From: Yuukianura sp. NJ FZ-2021
Lineage: Eukaryota
DNA length: 64,000 nt
Assembly (NCBI GenBank): GCA_046563655.1
Contig: CM102290.1
Span: 13,082,001-13,146,000 of the forward strand
Reading direction: 5' to 3'
Part shown: piece by piece, positions 47,219 through 62,092 of the stretch
Layout: each line of letters opens with the position of its first letter
Numbering within the stretch: position 1 is the first letter of the stretch
Notes under the pieces: generated by a model
Told to the model about the DNA's origin: nothing
Seen by the model: the letters and a program-made list of their open reading frames with translations, nothing else
Database searches by the model: none
Made by a program: the position numbers and the translations under genes

Positions 47219-49895
47219 ATGGACTTGACAGACTTGTGCGGCGTCTCAACCCTCTCCCCACTCGGATTCTCCGTCCTCATCTCCCTTCTATGTCTTTTGT
47301 ACATGCGACAACTTGGGAGAAAACAAGAGGTCAAAGCTACCCCAGAAGAAAATTCGTGGGGTCAGGTCAAGGTCATGCCGAGTCCGCCGAGATGGCCGAT
47401 CATTGGACATTTGCATCTTCTCAACGGGTAAGTTCTAAGTCTGATAATATTCGACTCTAATTGTATATACTAATGCTAATCGAAGAAACTTTTGATTTGT
47501 GTTTGAAAGTTATGTTTTGAAGTCTGGGATTTTGGAAAACTTTGTTTTCATAACATTTTTATATTTTTATTTTAGAGAACCATTTGCCGAAATGACTAAA
47601 CTTGCTGAAAAGTACGGAGAAATTTACTTTCTCCGACTCGGAACAATAGATGCTGTAGTCGTCAGCTCATTTCGTCTTATCAAGCAAGTCCTTGTAGAAA
47701 AGAGCGCTGATTTCGGAGATCGCTGCGGATTTCAACGCTATCATGTCCTTTTCGGAGGAGACAAAGAAAACTGTAAGTTTTTTTTTTTTTTTGAAAATTC
47801 CAAATTTCAAGGAAGAAGGAAGGGATATTGAGCAATACTTTTTCAAATTTTGAACTTTTCAAATCCAAAATGGTTCAGTCAAAAATAGAATTTGGGTTAT
47901 TTTTATTACCGTAATTTGTTCTAACCTTCAAAAAATAGTCTCAAACAGTACCTGTATTTCTAACGGTTTCTGTAGAATTTCGAACAAAGATTGCCTAAAA
48001 TTTTTCAAAATGGTCAGAATCTTGTTTATTTTTAAATTTCAAAATTGAACAAGTTCAATCCAGTTTCTTTGAGTTTCAAAATTGAAGCAGTTCAATCCTC
48101 TTTTTTTCGGATGATTCCAAAAAAATTTTTTTTTTTGGATTTAGCTTTGGCTTTCTGTAATTGGTCCCAAATCCAGAAGACGAGACGAGCACTGGCACGT
48201 CGTTTTTGTCACTCCTCGGTCTACTCTGACCTTGCTGACGCAGCACTCAACAAAGCATCGGCCTGGTTTACAAAACAACTTGGCGACCACCGCAGTCTCA
48301 GCTTTCCAGGAAACTTCAAACAGCTTATCAACCAAGCCTCGGCAAATGCCTTCTTTGGCTTCTTTTGTAACCAAACATTTGAAGATGACAGCGACCATGA
48401 CTTTGCCAGGATTGTGCGTCTCTTTGACGACATCTTTTACGAAATTAACCAAAATCATCCCACAGACGTTCTACCGTATCTGGCTCCATTGTTCCAAGGC
48501 CACCTTCGACAACTGGCTAACAAGGGAGTGGCCATTCGCGATTTTGTTATTAACCGAATCATCAATCCGCATTTGTAAGTCAACACAAATCAACTTTTTT
48601 CAAAATACAGCACACCCTCTCAAATACCAACTGTTTTTTCGGCAGAACAGAGTAAAACCAATGAAACTAAACAATTTTAACTTCCGTTTCTTGGGTTTAA
48701 CGGTGTTCTGCTGAGAAAAAAAGTTGTAATTTGAGAGAGGCTACTGTAGCATTGTTTCATGTAACAGATTCTACTGTTAGTTTTTGAATTGTTGGACAGA
48801 AATAGATTAGAATTGGAATTTCTTTTTTGTTTTAGGGAGAAGTTGGACGTGGATAATCCTGAGGATTTTGTTGACATTCTGCTGATCCACTTGAAGGAAG
48901 CTGAGCCTAGTGATCGGTTAACAATGGACCAAGTTCTTTACGAGCTAGAGGATTTCTTAGGAGGACATTCTGCCGTGGCTAATCTTCTTATTCGAGCCAT
49001 TGTTGAAATTGCGGCTATACCTGGGCTTTCTCAGAAAATTTACGAAAAGGTAATTACGAAAAATTCGAAAACAAAGGAATTTGTCAAATTCCAAAGTCCC
49101 CGCACTCATTGTTTTTTAAAACCGTCGTGTCAGTTACAAATTTCATGAAACCTTGAGGGAAACTAATACATATAGTACTTAAGTAGCCACTGTAAAAAAA
49201 TGTATGTTTCAAAAATATAAGTTTTACGGTACCCACGTCCGCAGAGGCGGAGGCGGAGCTAAAAGTTACGCTATGCAAAGTTCTACCGTGCATGACACTG
49301 AAGAAAAAAGCGACTAATCAAATTAAGCTTATTAAAAACTGTAATAAACTTAACTAAGCTTTTTAATTGCAGTACGTGAAGGGCGGAGATGTCAACTACA
49401 TGCAGGCTTTGATTCATGAAACGCTTCGGAAATGTTCATCACCGATCGTACCACACGTCGCTTCCGTGGACAGTGACATTGACGGTAAATTTTTCAAAAG
49501 TCTTATTCAAAATTTGAACTTTAACCTTTACGTTGTTGTGTCTTATAGGTTTTCCTGTCAAGAAAGGAACAATGGTAATGCTGAACAACTACGAGCTCAA
49601 CTCCAGTCCAAAATTGTGGGATCAACCGGAAGCATTTTTGCCAGAACGCTTTCTCGTAACTGAGACCGGGGCTTTCCGGAAACCAGCACACTTCCTGCCG
49701 TTCTCCAGCGGCAAAAGAGCATGCATGGGCTACAAATTAGTTGAGAAAGTGACACAGAAGCTTCTGGAGACAATTATTACTGACTATGACATTTGTACCG
49801 AGGAGGTCAAGGTTCTCCTCCCAACGTCATGCTTGGCTGTTCATCCCGAACTCAATTTGAGCGTACGGTTGATTCCACGAAACACGGACAATTAA
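47219..49895 (+). CDS. CYP307: Cytochrome P450 CYP307 (spook family, ecdysteroid biosynthesis)
   Basis: N-terminal TM anchor, PSPPRWPIIGHLHLL, LFGGDKEN|SLAFCNWSQIQKTRR, the CYP307-type I-helix ELEDFLGGHSAV, ETLR, PERF and the heme motif FSSGKRACMG. Six exons. Confidence 0.92.
48608..48746. mobile_element. Tc1/mariner(pogo)-type MITE in a CYP307 intron
   Basis: TA|CAGCACACCCTCTCAAATACCAAC...GTTGTAATTTGAGAGAGGCTACTG|TA. Confidence 0.65.
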
Positions 49896-50301
49896 ACACT
49901 TAGCCTACCGGGAAATGGAGATCGTAGTACAAAAGTAATGTGTCTAATTTACAAAAAGACTTGGACTAAATGTGTTCATTTTTTAAACAAAACAAGATGT
50001 GTTCTATACAGAGACTGAGAGACAGCCTGACCGACTGATTCACATAATTTCACAACGTAGGCTTTGAAAGAGATTTGTAATATTTAAAAACTGCCCAAAG
50101 AATTGTTGTAGAATTTACAGATTTTAACTACCCCAACCCCGCTTTGTAAAAAAATGCGTCCAATATTACTATTTAAAAGTAAAAATTTATATTTCAAACT
50201 AACTGGGAGGTTCTAATAAAATTAGCATAACTTGTTGAACAAAAGGAGCATGGATTTATTCTTCATTTTTTCAGGTTCTGGAAAGGAAAATACTTTGCTC
50301 C

Positions 50302-52513
<2,212 letters not shown>

Positions 52514-53515
52514 TGTAGAAAACGTATCCTTATTCTGAAAAAAAATTCGATCAATCTATGTAGCTAAATCTGAAACCAACTCTCGCTTATAAAAGAAGTC
52601 TAACATCATATAAACAAAACAGTTCGGTATGCCGGCCGGCCACCGGCCATAAAACAAGAAATTCTTTTTAATTTTACCCACCGATTGCCGATGACCTGTA
52701 ACAACTGTACAAAATATGAAAGACAATTCGAGCGGAGTACTTATTTACGCGGAACAACTCTCGTCAGACGTCAACAAGTTCAGACGACCTAAACACTCAA
52801 GTCAAAGTTACACGGAGAAAGCAATACAGCTGAGCAATTGTGGTGACTGGAGCCTACCTATGCTTCAAATAAACTTTGGTTGCGTTAATCTTTAATGCTC
52901 GTAATTGTCACCGCAAAGTGTAACCACTCTCGTCGGCTAGGCCGGTGACAACACAGTGTGGCGACATATGTTACCCTCATACCACGACAATAACTTTTGA
53001 GTGAGTTTTACAGGAAACAATACATTAAAATTAAACATACAATACATTTAAAAAAATACATTAGGAAATTGCTTGAAACGTCGAAAAATTTGAAAAAAAA
53101 TCGTTACGCAACAGGGCGTACCTGATTGAACTGGAACTAAAAATCCTGCAAATTAAACAAGTTATGTAAAATATTTTTGTGGTGTTTCATGTTACTCGCT
53201 TTTCAATCCGTGCCACATTGATTCATGCCAACGTCGCACTTGAAGACGCTAAATGCTTAAGTGTAGGAAAAATAAATCAAAGGTCAATGTAGGTATCTGC
53301 CACATTTTTGAAAAAACCGAATATAATTTGCAAAATTTAAAAATATTCTTTCACATTAAAAATCGTAATTAAAAAACCCAAATAAGTAATGACCTAATTA
53401 CGATGGAGATGAATAACATGGTTAAAAAGGAAAACAGTTAGAGAAAGATAAAATAAGTCAAAAATTGGAAACAATGACAGTCATAAATTCTTCTAAAGTT
53501 AGTCTTTTCCTTTGT

Positions 53516-54793
53516 TCAAAGCATTTCATCTTCCTCCCTAATTGTGTCAAAGCGGTCATACATCTCTCGTTGATGGAATCCCGGAGCCGAAAGTACAATT
53601 GCCTGGACAGTATCTCCAGCCCCACTTAAGCGTTGACAGCGTCCAATAAACTGCGTGAACAAAATTCTTTCTTGAACTTTGCGCAGAATGACGCAGACGC
53701 TCACGTCACTGTTGTCATAGCCTTCAGTTAGCTTTCCGCATACCACCAAAATTTTATACTCATCATTTTCTTCAAACAATTGTTTGTTGCCGGCTCTCTT
53801 GTCTTCCGTCGTATGAAAAGTAGCGCCGTGTCCTAACTGGATCGCGAGTTCTTTTGCCGCGTCCATACTACTCAAAACTAGTATCATGGCCTTGTGACTC
53901 ACTCCCGGTACACGCCTGTCGTGTGCTGTTAGGTAATCAAGAATACGCCGCTTCAAGATGTTGATGTCGTTGTGGTCGAAGTCTCTTACGTTGTCCTTTT
54001 GAATTTCCGCAATTTCTTCAAATCTGATATCTCGAATTGAAACACCAATAATGTCCAGACGATCAATTTCATAAGTAATTTCTTGGTCCGGTCCAAGGAT
54101 AGGATTTCCCCGGCGAAACGGTGTAGCTGTAAGAAAAATTATTTGTTTTCCAATTTGGTTAAAGATTTCAATAATTGCAGCCCATGATTCAGCCGGATAA
54201 TGATGGGCTTCATCCACGATGATCGTCCTAAAAGATTCGAATTTGTCACGAACATTATCTATTTCATCCCCATTGGTCAGACTCATTTTCGAGCTTCCAG
54301 AAACTTTATGCACGTTAAGAATGAGGAGACGAGCTGCAGCCATTCCATGGACTTCATTAGTTTGGCGTATAATATTTACGTCTTCAATATACTCTTTCAC
54401 ATCCTCAGTGTGAAGTATTCCCGTTTTGGCGTAGAACGTATCCTCGTGTCTGTACTTGCCGAACGCCTTGGCCAATTGTTCCGAAATTACAGGACCTGGT
54501 GACAGAATGATGACATTTGGACACTCAAGAACAAACGGCAGTAGTGTCACTATTCCAGTCTTTCCTGAACCCGTAGGGGCAACGATAAGAGCTGGTTTAG
54601 GAGGCTGTCCATTCCAGTTTCGTTCAAACCAGGCCTTGGTTGCTAACGCGGCTCTCATTTGGTGCTGGTAAAGGGTTGTCTGTCGATCGTGACCGTTGTT
54701 TGCCAGCACCAGTTCATCTTCCAGTAAATTGACAAAGGCTTGCCCATTGCGTTGAAAGTTTGACTCTCGACGACTCGGATTACGGAGTGCCAT
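53516..54793 (-). CDS. SF2 DEAH helicase/ATPase of ResIII/RadD(YejH)/Irc3-like type, 425 aa, no intron in the CDS
   Basis: Q-like LYQHQ, Walker A APTGSGKT, Ia ILSPGPVISEQL, Walker B IVDEAHH, III LTATP, V LTEGYD and VI QFIGRCQR. Confidence 0.9.
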   Translation of the reverse strand: MALRNPSRRESNFQRNGQAFVNLLEDELVLANNGHDRQTTLYQHQMRAALATKAWFERNWNGQPPKPALIVAPTGSGKTGIVTLLPFVLECPNVIILSPGPVISEQLAKAFGKYRHEDTFYAKTGILHTEDVKEYIEDVNIIRQTNEVHGMAAARLLILNVHKVSGSSKMSLTNGDEIDNVRDKFESFRTIIVDEAHHYPAESWAAIIEIFNQIGKQIIFLTATPFRRGNPILGPDQEITYEIDRLDIIGVSIRDIRFEEIAEIQKDNVRDFDHNDINILKRRILDYLTAHDRRVPGVSHKAMILVLSSMDAAKELAIQLGHGATFHTTEDKRAGNKQLFEENDEYKILVVCGKLTEGYDNSDVSVCVILRKVQERILFTQFIGRCQRLSGAGDTVQAIVLSAPGFHQREMYDRFDTIREEDEML

Positions 54794-57099
54794 CTTGATA
54801 TTTCTGTGATAGTAAAATATTGAATGTTTAAGAATTTCGGAGCAAATTTAAAATAATTATTGATATTTTATATTCCATGTAAGCAAGAATGGTATGGTTA
54901 GATTGAAAACTTCCATAGTCTAAATTATCGTAAAGTTTCTCGATTTTTTTTTATTTCCCGAGTCCCAGACCAATAAAAATTTTGCTCGGAATTTTCTTTC
55001 CGAAAAATTAAAAAAGAACGTTTAACTTTGCTGTTTAGAAGTTTATTTTGCGCAAGTTTTGCTTCAATCCAACCTAGTCAGTAATTGGTTTTAAGTGTTT
55101 GATAATGTAGAAGAGTGTTTTTCACTATATATGCTTACCGGGAAAATTAAGTTTCAAAAAACGATTCACTTAAATTGTAACTCTAACAGGAATTTTGAAG
55201 ATTAGGATTCTGAAGAACAGGAAGGCTGACTAACCCTTTTTCGCTGTTGATGTGATCACTGATTTCGAAATGAAAGCGAAATGAAATTGGGCTAAATAGC
55301 GAATCAGCGATGAGTCAAGTATTAGTATTATAGAAAACTTATCCAAAATAGCTTCGTTTGGTTATTGTGGTTTGAGGAAAATTACAACCCCCATAGCCCC
55401 TTTCTCAAGCATTGCATAGGGTGAAACAAAAAACATATGAAGTGGAGGGTGAGACTATTACACTGAACGAACACAGGAAGCTTACTTTATCAATCCTAAA
55501 GCTGACCGCGGTAGAACTTCCCGCGATATAAATTCAAAAAGTTTCGTCGTGTGGTATTTATGAAACGAGAGTATAAGTGAATATCTTATAATGTCAATCT
55601 CACACCCTTATTAAGTAGCGAAACCAACATTAAGTTTGAATTCATGTCTGTCTGTATGTCCGGAAGAGGGGTAATCAACCCTCTGGAGTGAAGAGAAGAC
55701 GTGGGTACCAACCCCAAGTCTACGATTCCGGGCAGTGCACTACGACTCTCCGTAGCGTAGCAGGTCTAAGGTCAACGGGGCTATCGCTACATGTGCATAT
55801 TGGCAACCGGTTTAGTTATAGCTATGGTTTGAACCCATTTAGCAGTAGTATGCATTTAAGGTCTATTGTTAGAAAAGTTTTTACGACGGATTCGGTTACA
55901 GGGCTAAGGATAATTTATATCCGTCGTACCCATCGAGAGTAACTATCGTAACAATTGCATTGACATCAACACAGGGGCTTAAATAATGGTACCACAATTA
56001 AGGTTGTTAGCACAGTTGTAAGCATTGTGTACAACAAGCCTCTAACTAGCCATTTTGGCTTAATCCCCAGTGCAACCACCGAATGGTTACAGAGGTGAAC
56101 GCGGGTGCAATTTCTTCGCTTTGGGCATTTGTTGGTAGGACCGGTGATGGAAGCTTTGGGAAGGGCTGGCTGATAAGGTGATTTGTTGGGTTCTGTTTAC
56201 ACTCAAGTGCTAACTGGGCTTTGTGTTCTGCACCGCGCAATTTCTACCAGACTAAAATAGAGTAACCATTAAAAATATAGTAACACACGATACATCATAA
56301 TAATTTGTTATAGTACGGAGACGACACACGACAAAATAGAAACAGGAAAAGTATTCACGCGGATATTCTGTATTTGAAACTGAATTGCAATTTGATTATA
56401 TTTCTTACATATGAACAATCAAGGTCTGCGTTAAATAAAATTTAATGCTAGCATAGTATATTTTTTAAGTACTAAACACCTGTAATTTCGCTTCAACAAG
56501 TAAGGTAAGCAGAAAAAGAAATTAGCCCAGTTTCCAATAAGTATCATTATGTTAAGTGTATGTACTACCGAAATAAACACCGTAATTCCGTAAATTCCCG
56601 TACAAAAAGTACAAAGCATAAATGAGTTTTTGGCAAAGCCTGCAGGTTGTTTGAATTAGTGTAGTTAGTTGATTAATTAAGAGCATTATTTCCTACATTC
56701 CGAGTAGGGAAGGGTGCGGTGTGGTACTAGTCTACACAGAATGTACGGCGCATACTTCTACATGGTGTTTCTGTTTTATTATTTTTTGGCCGAAGTGTGA
56801 ATCACCGAATTTAATACTGTTTAACTTTGTGGTTAAGCAAGTTAACTTAACTCAGCTGAGGTAAGCTATTAGTTTTTTGCACTTTTGGGTTTGAGCAAGA
56901 CAGAGAGAGTGAGAACCTTATTTAGTGTTTTGTTGGTGCGTTTGGTTGAGTCAAAAAATTTTGTACCAGGATAAGGATACATGATACACTCCCTATTACT
57001 AGCAGTGTCGTAATTATCTCTTCCTCTTGTTTCAGTGTCATTCTCCGGAGTAGGTGTCAATCTTCTTAGCTTGTATTAACCGCATTCAAATAAGCAGTT

Positions 57100-58900
57100 A
57101 TGGCGTCCGAGTCCGATGAACCAATCAGTGACGAAGCCAAGGTATTATTCAAAAACATATATTGCTAAACGCCGGATGTCCATGTCTCATTGGTATTTGG
57201 TAGTATACATCCTAATATTAATGTATTTGTTTGATGGATGACAGATGCAAATTGTAACCAATTTTATCATGCATTCACCCCCAGGAGAGTTCAACGAAGT
57301 GTTCAATGGTAAGAAAGTAATTCTACGTGCGGTCAACATCTGACCGGACGTAGCGAAAGTTCGAAATGTACTATTAGCGATTTTTGTCAAGAAATAAGGC
57401 AATCTGACTGTCAGATTCGCCTTAGTCTTGTTTAACGATAAGAAGTGTGTATTCGGACCAACAGTATGTTGTTCTTAATGCAACCATTATCATCTACAGA
57501 TGTGAGGACACTTCTCAACAATGATACGCTATTAAAAGAAGGTGCTTCAAGGTAAGTGATACCTTGTTGAGGTAATGGTAGAACTCTACACTTGATAATA
57601 TTCTAAATTAGTGTGGTTTGACGTTTCGTGTCATTCTGTTTTACTTTTAGTGCATTTGCATATTATAATAAGGAGCAGCAAACGCCTTGTCGACTTCCTG
57701 GAGAAGAGCACACCGTCCTCATCACCGAACATAACGAATTGAGTTCCGGTCGTTTTGTTGATCCAAAGACCAAGCAGACTTTTCGATATGACCACCTCAA
57801 GAAGGAAGCTTCTGACTTTCAGGTATACGTGTATTCCTCACCCTGAAAACGTTTTGAGCGCAGTAAGCAAGAATTCTGCGGTGCTCGACAGCTTCGTTTG
57901 CTAAATATCTGGATGTTTAGGTCAAAACGAGGTTATAGTAAAGATAGTACTGACACTGAGGTGCTAAGTCAACGTAGAGAATAACCTCCTAGCTTATTGA
58001 GTTGAAAGAAACCTGACCTTTGGCCTCAGTGGGTGCTCATAGAGTGATCATGATCATTCATAGGCCGGAGGATTACGAATGAATTGAACTTAGCTAATGA
58101 TTAATATTTTTTTGTTTAATTTCAGCCTTGGGAGTTTGATAAGAGAGCAGAAATGTGGCGTTCCAGCCTTGAAGTTGAATTCGGAAACTATGCATCGCAA
58201 CATTATCCTCACGGTGCTTTCTCCGTTTTTTACAAAGTATCAGGGAATCAAATCACTCTTATAGCATGTATTGAGGATCATCAGTTCCAACCGAAAAACT
58301 TCTGGTTTGTGTTGTTTCATGTACACAATTTCTACTATTTCCAGTGTGTAGTGTGTATTTACCAACTTTGTTTTATTTAGGAATGGGCGATGGAGATCAC
58401 GGTGGGTCGTAACGTTTGACCCGAGTGCCCTAGGAGAAAAGGTGTCACTGCAAGGGAGTCTCAAGGTTCAAGTTCATTACTACGAAGATGGAAACGTTCA
58501 ACTCGTAAGCTCCAAGGAAGTCGCTCACAATGTCACTGTTGCGGTTAGTCTAAAAATCTATAATCTTTGATTTTCGGAGGAACTTGTTTTTATTTCAAGT
58601 CTTTACTCTGATTTTAGGGCGAGTCAGAGTTTGCAACGGAGTTTGTCCGAATGGTGGAGACTGCTGAAACGGAATATCATAACGCTCTCAGTAAGTTCAT
58701 CAATCAGATATTCCTGACTGATTTTGCTGATTTCATGTTCATCTTTTAATGAATTTTGTCATTTTGCAGGCGAAAACTATCAGACGATGTCTGATACCAC
58801 ATTCAAAGCATTGAGGAGAGTGTTGCCCGTAACCAGAACAAAAATCGACTGGAACAAAATCGTGTCTTATTCTATTGGGAGAGAGCTAAGGGCTCAATAG
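57100..58900 (+). CDS. cpa: F-actin capping protein subunit alpha
   Basis: Spliced exons give [83 protein letters not shown] and [22 protein letters not shown] at 58898-58900. Confidence 0.96.
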
Positions 58901-61034
58901 CGTCTGTGAGTTTCTACTAAAAGAAGATTCATTTTATTTGGATACTAATTTCCAATCCTCGTCCTCCTGATCAAGAAGATGCGAGGAAAGCAAAGTGTGC
59001 CAGCGTGCGTCTGTTGATTGAACCTCTTGTGACAACATTAGGTGTAAAATCGTATTTAAGATTATAGTTATTATGTAAACAAAGAAAAAACAACAAAAGA
59101 TTTGCTTCTTGAACTTGACTACACTTTTAGGAACCTTTTGTTTTCTACTGCCTTGGAGCAAAGAGCAAAAGGAAATCAAAATCGTTAATTATCTTTTCCT
59201 TCTACTGCAAAATTGAATTACGGTAAATAGAATTTATTCTCCAAATTTCCTCAATGATTACATAAGACTTAATAGACAGAAGTTGGTTGGGGTAGCTTAG
59301 AACCGTAACTGAATTTTCCCTTGCGGTTTTCTTTGGAATTTATTTGATAGAGACATTGCGAAGCATAGTGGCGTTTGTGGAATTGGAGCAAAGTGGTCGG
59401 AATTGGCATATAATAGAAGGGAACTGAGAGGTAGCACTTTCTTTACATGATGGTGATTCCTAGTCTATTGTTTGTGGTAGATCTATTGTTGTGGCTCCAA
59501 AGAAGAAGATCCAATGTAGGGATGATCATATAGTGCCGTAAAACTTCTCATAAGCGCCCAGTCTTTTAAATGCCGGGGTAAAAAGTTGAGAATTTGAATA
59601 AACTTTTGTAAACCGGTATACGAAAGTAACGAAAGATGGTGCTGCATTACGGAACGCCGTATCGGCACACCATGGTGAACCGTAATCCACTATACTAGTT
59701 GCTAACAGTAATAGCTAAAAAGTTGACCTTTGACCCGGAAGGAGTTATTAGAGTCGGCCGGCCAGACAGACAGACCAGGTCAAACCATAAAGTAGCTTTT
59801 GCAACTTAATAAACCTCGTAAACCGGAGTTCACGAAAATAGCGTAAGACGTCGCTGCATTCGCCAACGGATGCTCGTCACATCGAACATTATGGTGAGCT
59901 ATGATGTACTACAGATTTGGATATTAAAAAGAAAGTTGACCTTTGACCCGGAATGAGGTCACGGGTCACAGGACATTGACAAAAGTTGTTGATCTATGTG
60001 ATGAACTTTTGTGTAGGTAATTGCCGCCAACAGACGGCCAGACAGACAGACAAACAGACATTGTGAAATCATAAAGTAGCTTTCGTTACTTAATAAACAC
60101 TCTGGCACTTTATTAGAAGTTTTACGGTACTTTGTCGGCGGCACACAAGGAGAGTAATTTGTAATCATAAGGAAGGGAGGGGATGGAAAGGTATGTAGAT
60201 GAAAAAGAAGTAAAGATGAGGTCGTGAATGTGTTGGAAATGGGTGGTAAAGAATTTTTTAAAGAGGAATGTCTTTCTTTTCTTAAAAGAAACCGACGATC
60301 TTTTTTAAAACTTTTTTTTGCATTACTTCTGGTTCCGATCTTGTGAGAGATGCTGGAAGCTATGGCTGAAGTTTTCTTAACATTGTGGAACTTGAGTGAG
60401 ACGGAAGCTCCAAAGAACAAAAGAATGAAAATGGGAACTACAAACCGTGGTAGAGATTATACGTTTTTTGCTGGATTCTCATCCTCCGACTCATCTTCAT
60501 CAATGGAAAGTTGAGGGAAAATGGTTCCCAGCTCCACCACGGCTACCAGCAACCACCAACTTTCTTTCCCTTCATTTCCCACAATTATTCTTGTTTGTTC
60601 TCCGATTAATCCCTTCAGTTCAAACAAGTCCAAACTTTCTCCTACCTACATCCGTCTTCCACTCCAGACGCTCACGTCTACGTCTATCTCCAATCTTCCA
60701 AAATGGATTTCCAACACGACGCGCCTTCAGCGCGGAGTTCAGCCAAAACCCAGTGCGGAATGCCCACAGTTCAATCTCAGCTGAACGCCACCAAACCATA
60801 TAGTGGACAAAACGTCCTTGAGTGAAGCAGTCGGACATTGGGTGCTCCACAGTGTTCCCAGTTTCGATCACTTTTTCAAATTTTGGTCCGAAATGTCTGA
60901 AATGACCGAAATGAATTCACAATGAAAATGAAATTGAAATAAAATTGAAAATGAATGTGAAATGAACCGAAAGCGCCATTTGCTAACTTAAAATTACTTT
61001 CGGTCATTTCAGTCAACTAAAATTGGTTGTTCCA

Positions 61035-61110
61035 AAATGTCCGAATGTCAATTTCTGCCGGACGGCCGAAATGTCCGAATGTCAATTTCTGCCGGACGAG
61101 CGAAATGTCC
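61035..61110. repeat. 34-bp tandem repeat inside a CAGTGTTC...GAACACTG-bounded element (about 60850-61130)
   Basis: AAATGTCCGAATGTCAATTTCTGCCGGACG(G/A)(C/G)CG at 61035 and 61069, partial at 61103. Confidence 0.8.
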
Positions 61111-62092
61111 AGTGGCTGAAATGAACACTGGCGCGTAGACCAGTCGGACATTCGTTGCTGGATTACAAAAACGACGCTTAAGTGAACGAATTGGAAGATT
61201 AAGGGGGAGAAAGTCCTGTCCAGGAACTAATCTGAGAGTGATGGATTCCCGGGTTCGGGAAATGATGGAGGGTGTCAAGACGAGGGAGACAATTCCATTA
61301 CTTCAGTACACTGTCCATATGAAAAATTCCAGGAAGATCTAACAGTGACCAGTCATAAATGGATCCCACCCATCCACAATTTTTGGCTTAGGGATGAGCA
61401 TCTAAGGCAAGAATTGTCGGTGATGACGGTGACTTTGGCTTCTGGGAACATCAGCGGGAGCAGACTGGACGGGGTGCTAATGACTGGAGGGCCAGAGATG
61501 TTTTTGAGCTCATTTCCTCAGTGGAACGTACGTGATGAAAATTATTTTGACTTGGTGCATAATATTGCAATGAAAAACAGTTGGGGAAGCATGATACAAT
61601 TTTTTCCTCCTTATTTTTCTAAGGCATTCCCACAACGTCCATTGTCTCCATCACGCCTCACCACCACACTCAATTTCTTCCAGGGAGAAACAGAATCTGA
61701 CTCATCATCATCCCTCATCCCTCACAAAACTTCCAAATCCAGAAGCACTCTTTCATTTTCTTTAATAACAGAGGCATACCAACTGCTCTTTGACATTTCC
61801 ATTATGATTTTCATTCCCACCATCTTATTCCATTAGTTTCTAGGAGCGTCGCTACGGCCTAAAATAAATACTTCGGTTTCCGAGGTGGTGAAAAACTCCC
61901 GCCTGAATTGTGGCGTAGGAGAGAGATTCGATTCAGATTTTTGTGGAAAAAGTTATATGACCACAGATTGGCACTGCGGCTTACACTTTTGAATCTGAAG
62001 GGTTAATTTCACTCGTTCAGATTCAAAAATCCAGCGATAATTCTGCAAAGAAATGAAATGGAAAGTTAGTTTCTCAAAATTAAGAGCTGTTA

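Noticed and set aside
57323..57360. Hammerhead ribozyme in the CapZ-alpha intron (CTGA...GAAA)
   Set aside because: The core reads CTGACCG rather than CUGANGA, and the three-stem junction cannot be built.
60447..61836. ORFs of 118 and 163 aa
   Set aside because: They have non-ATG starts, no recognisable domains or splice pattern, and lie among repeats.
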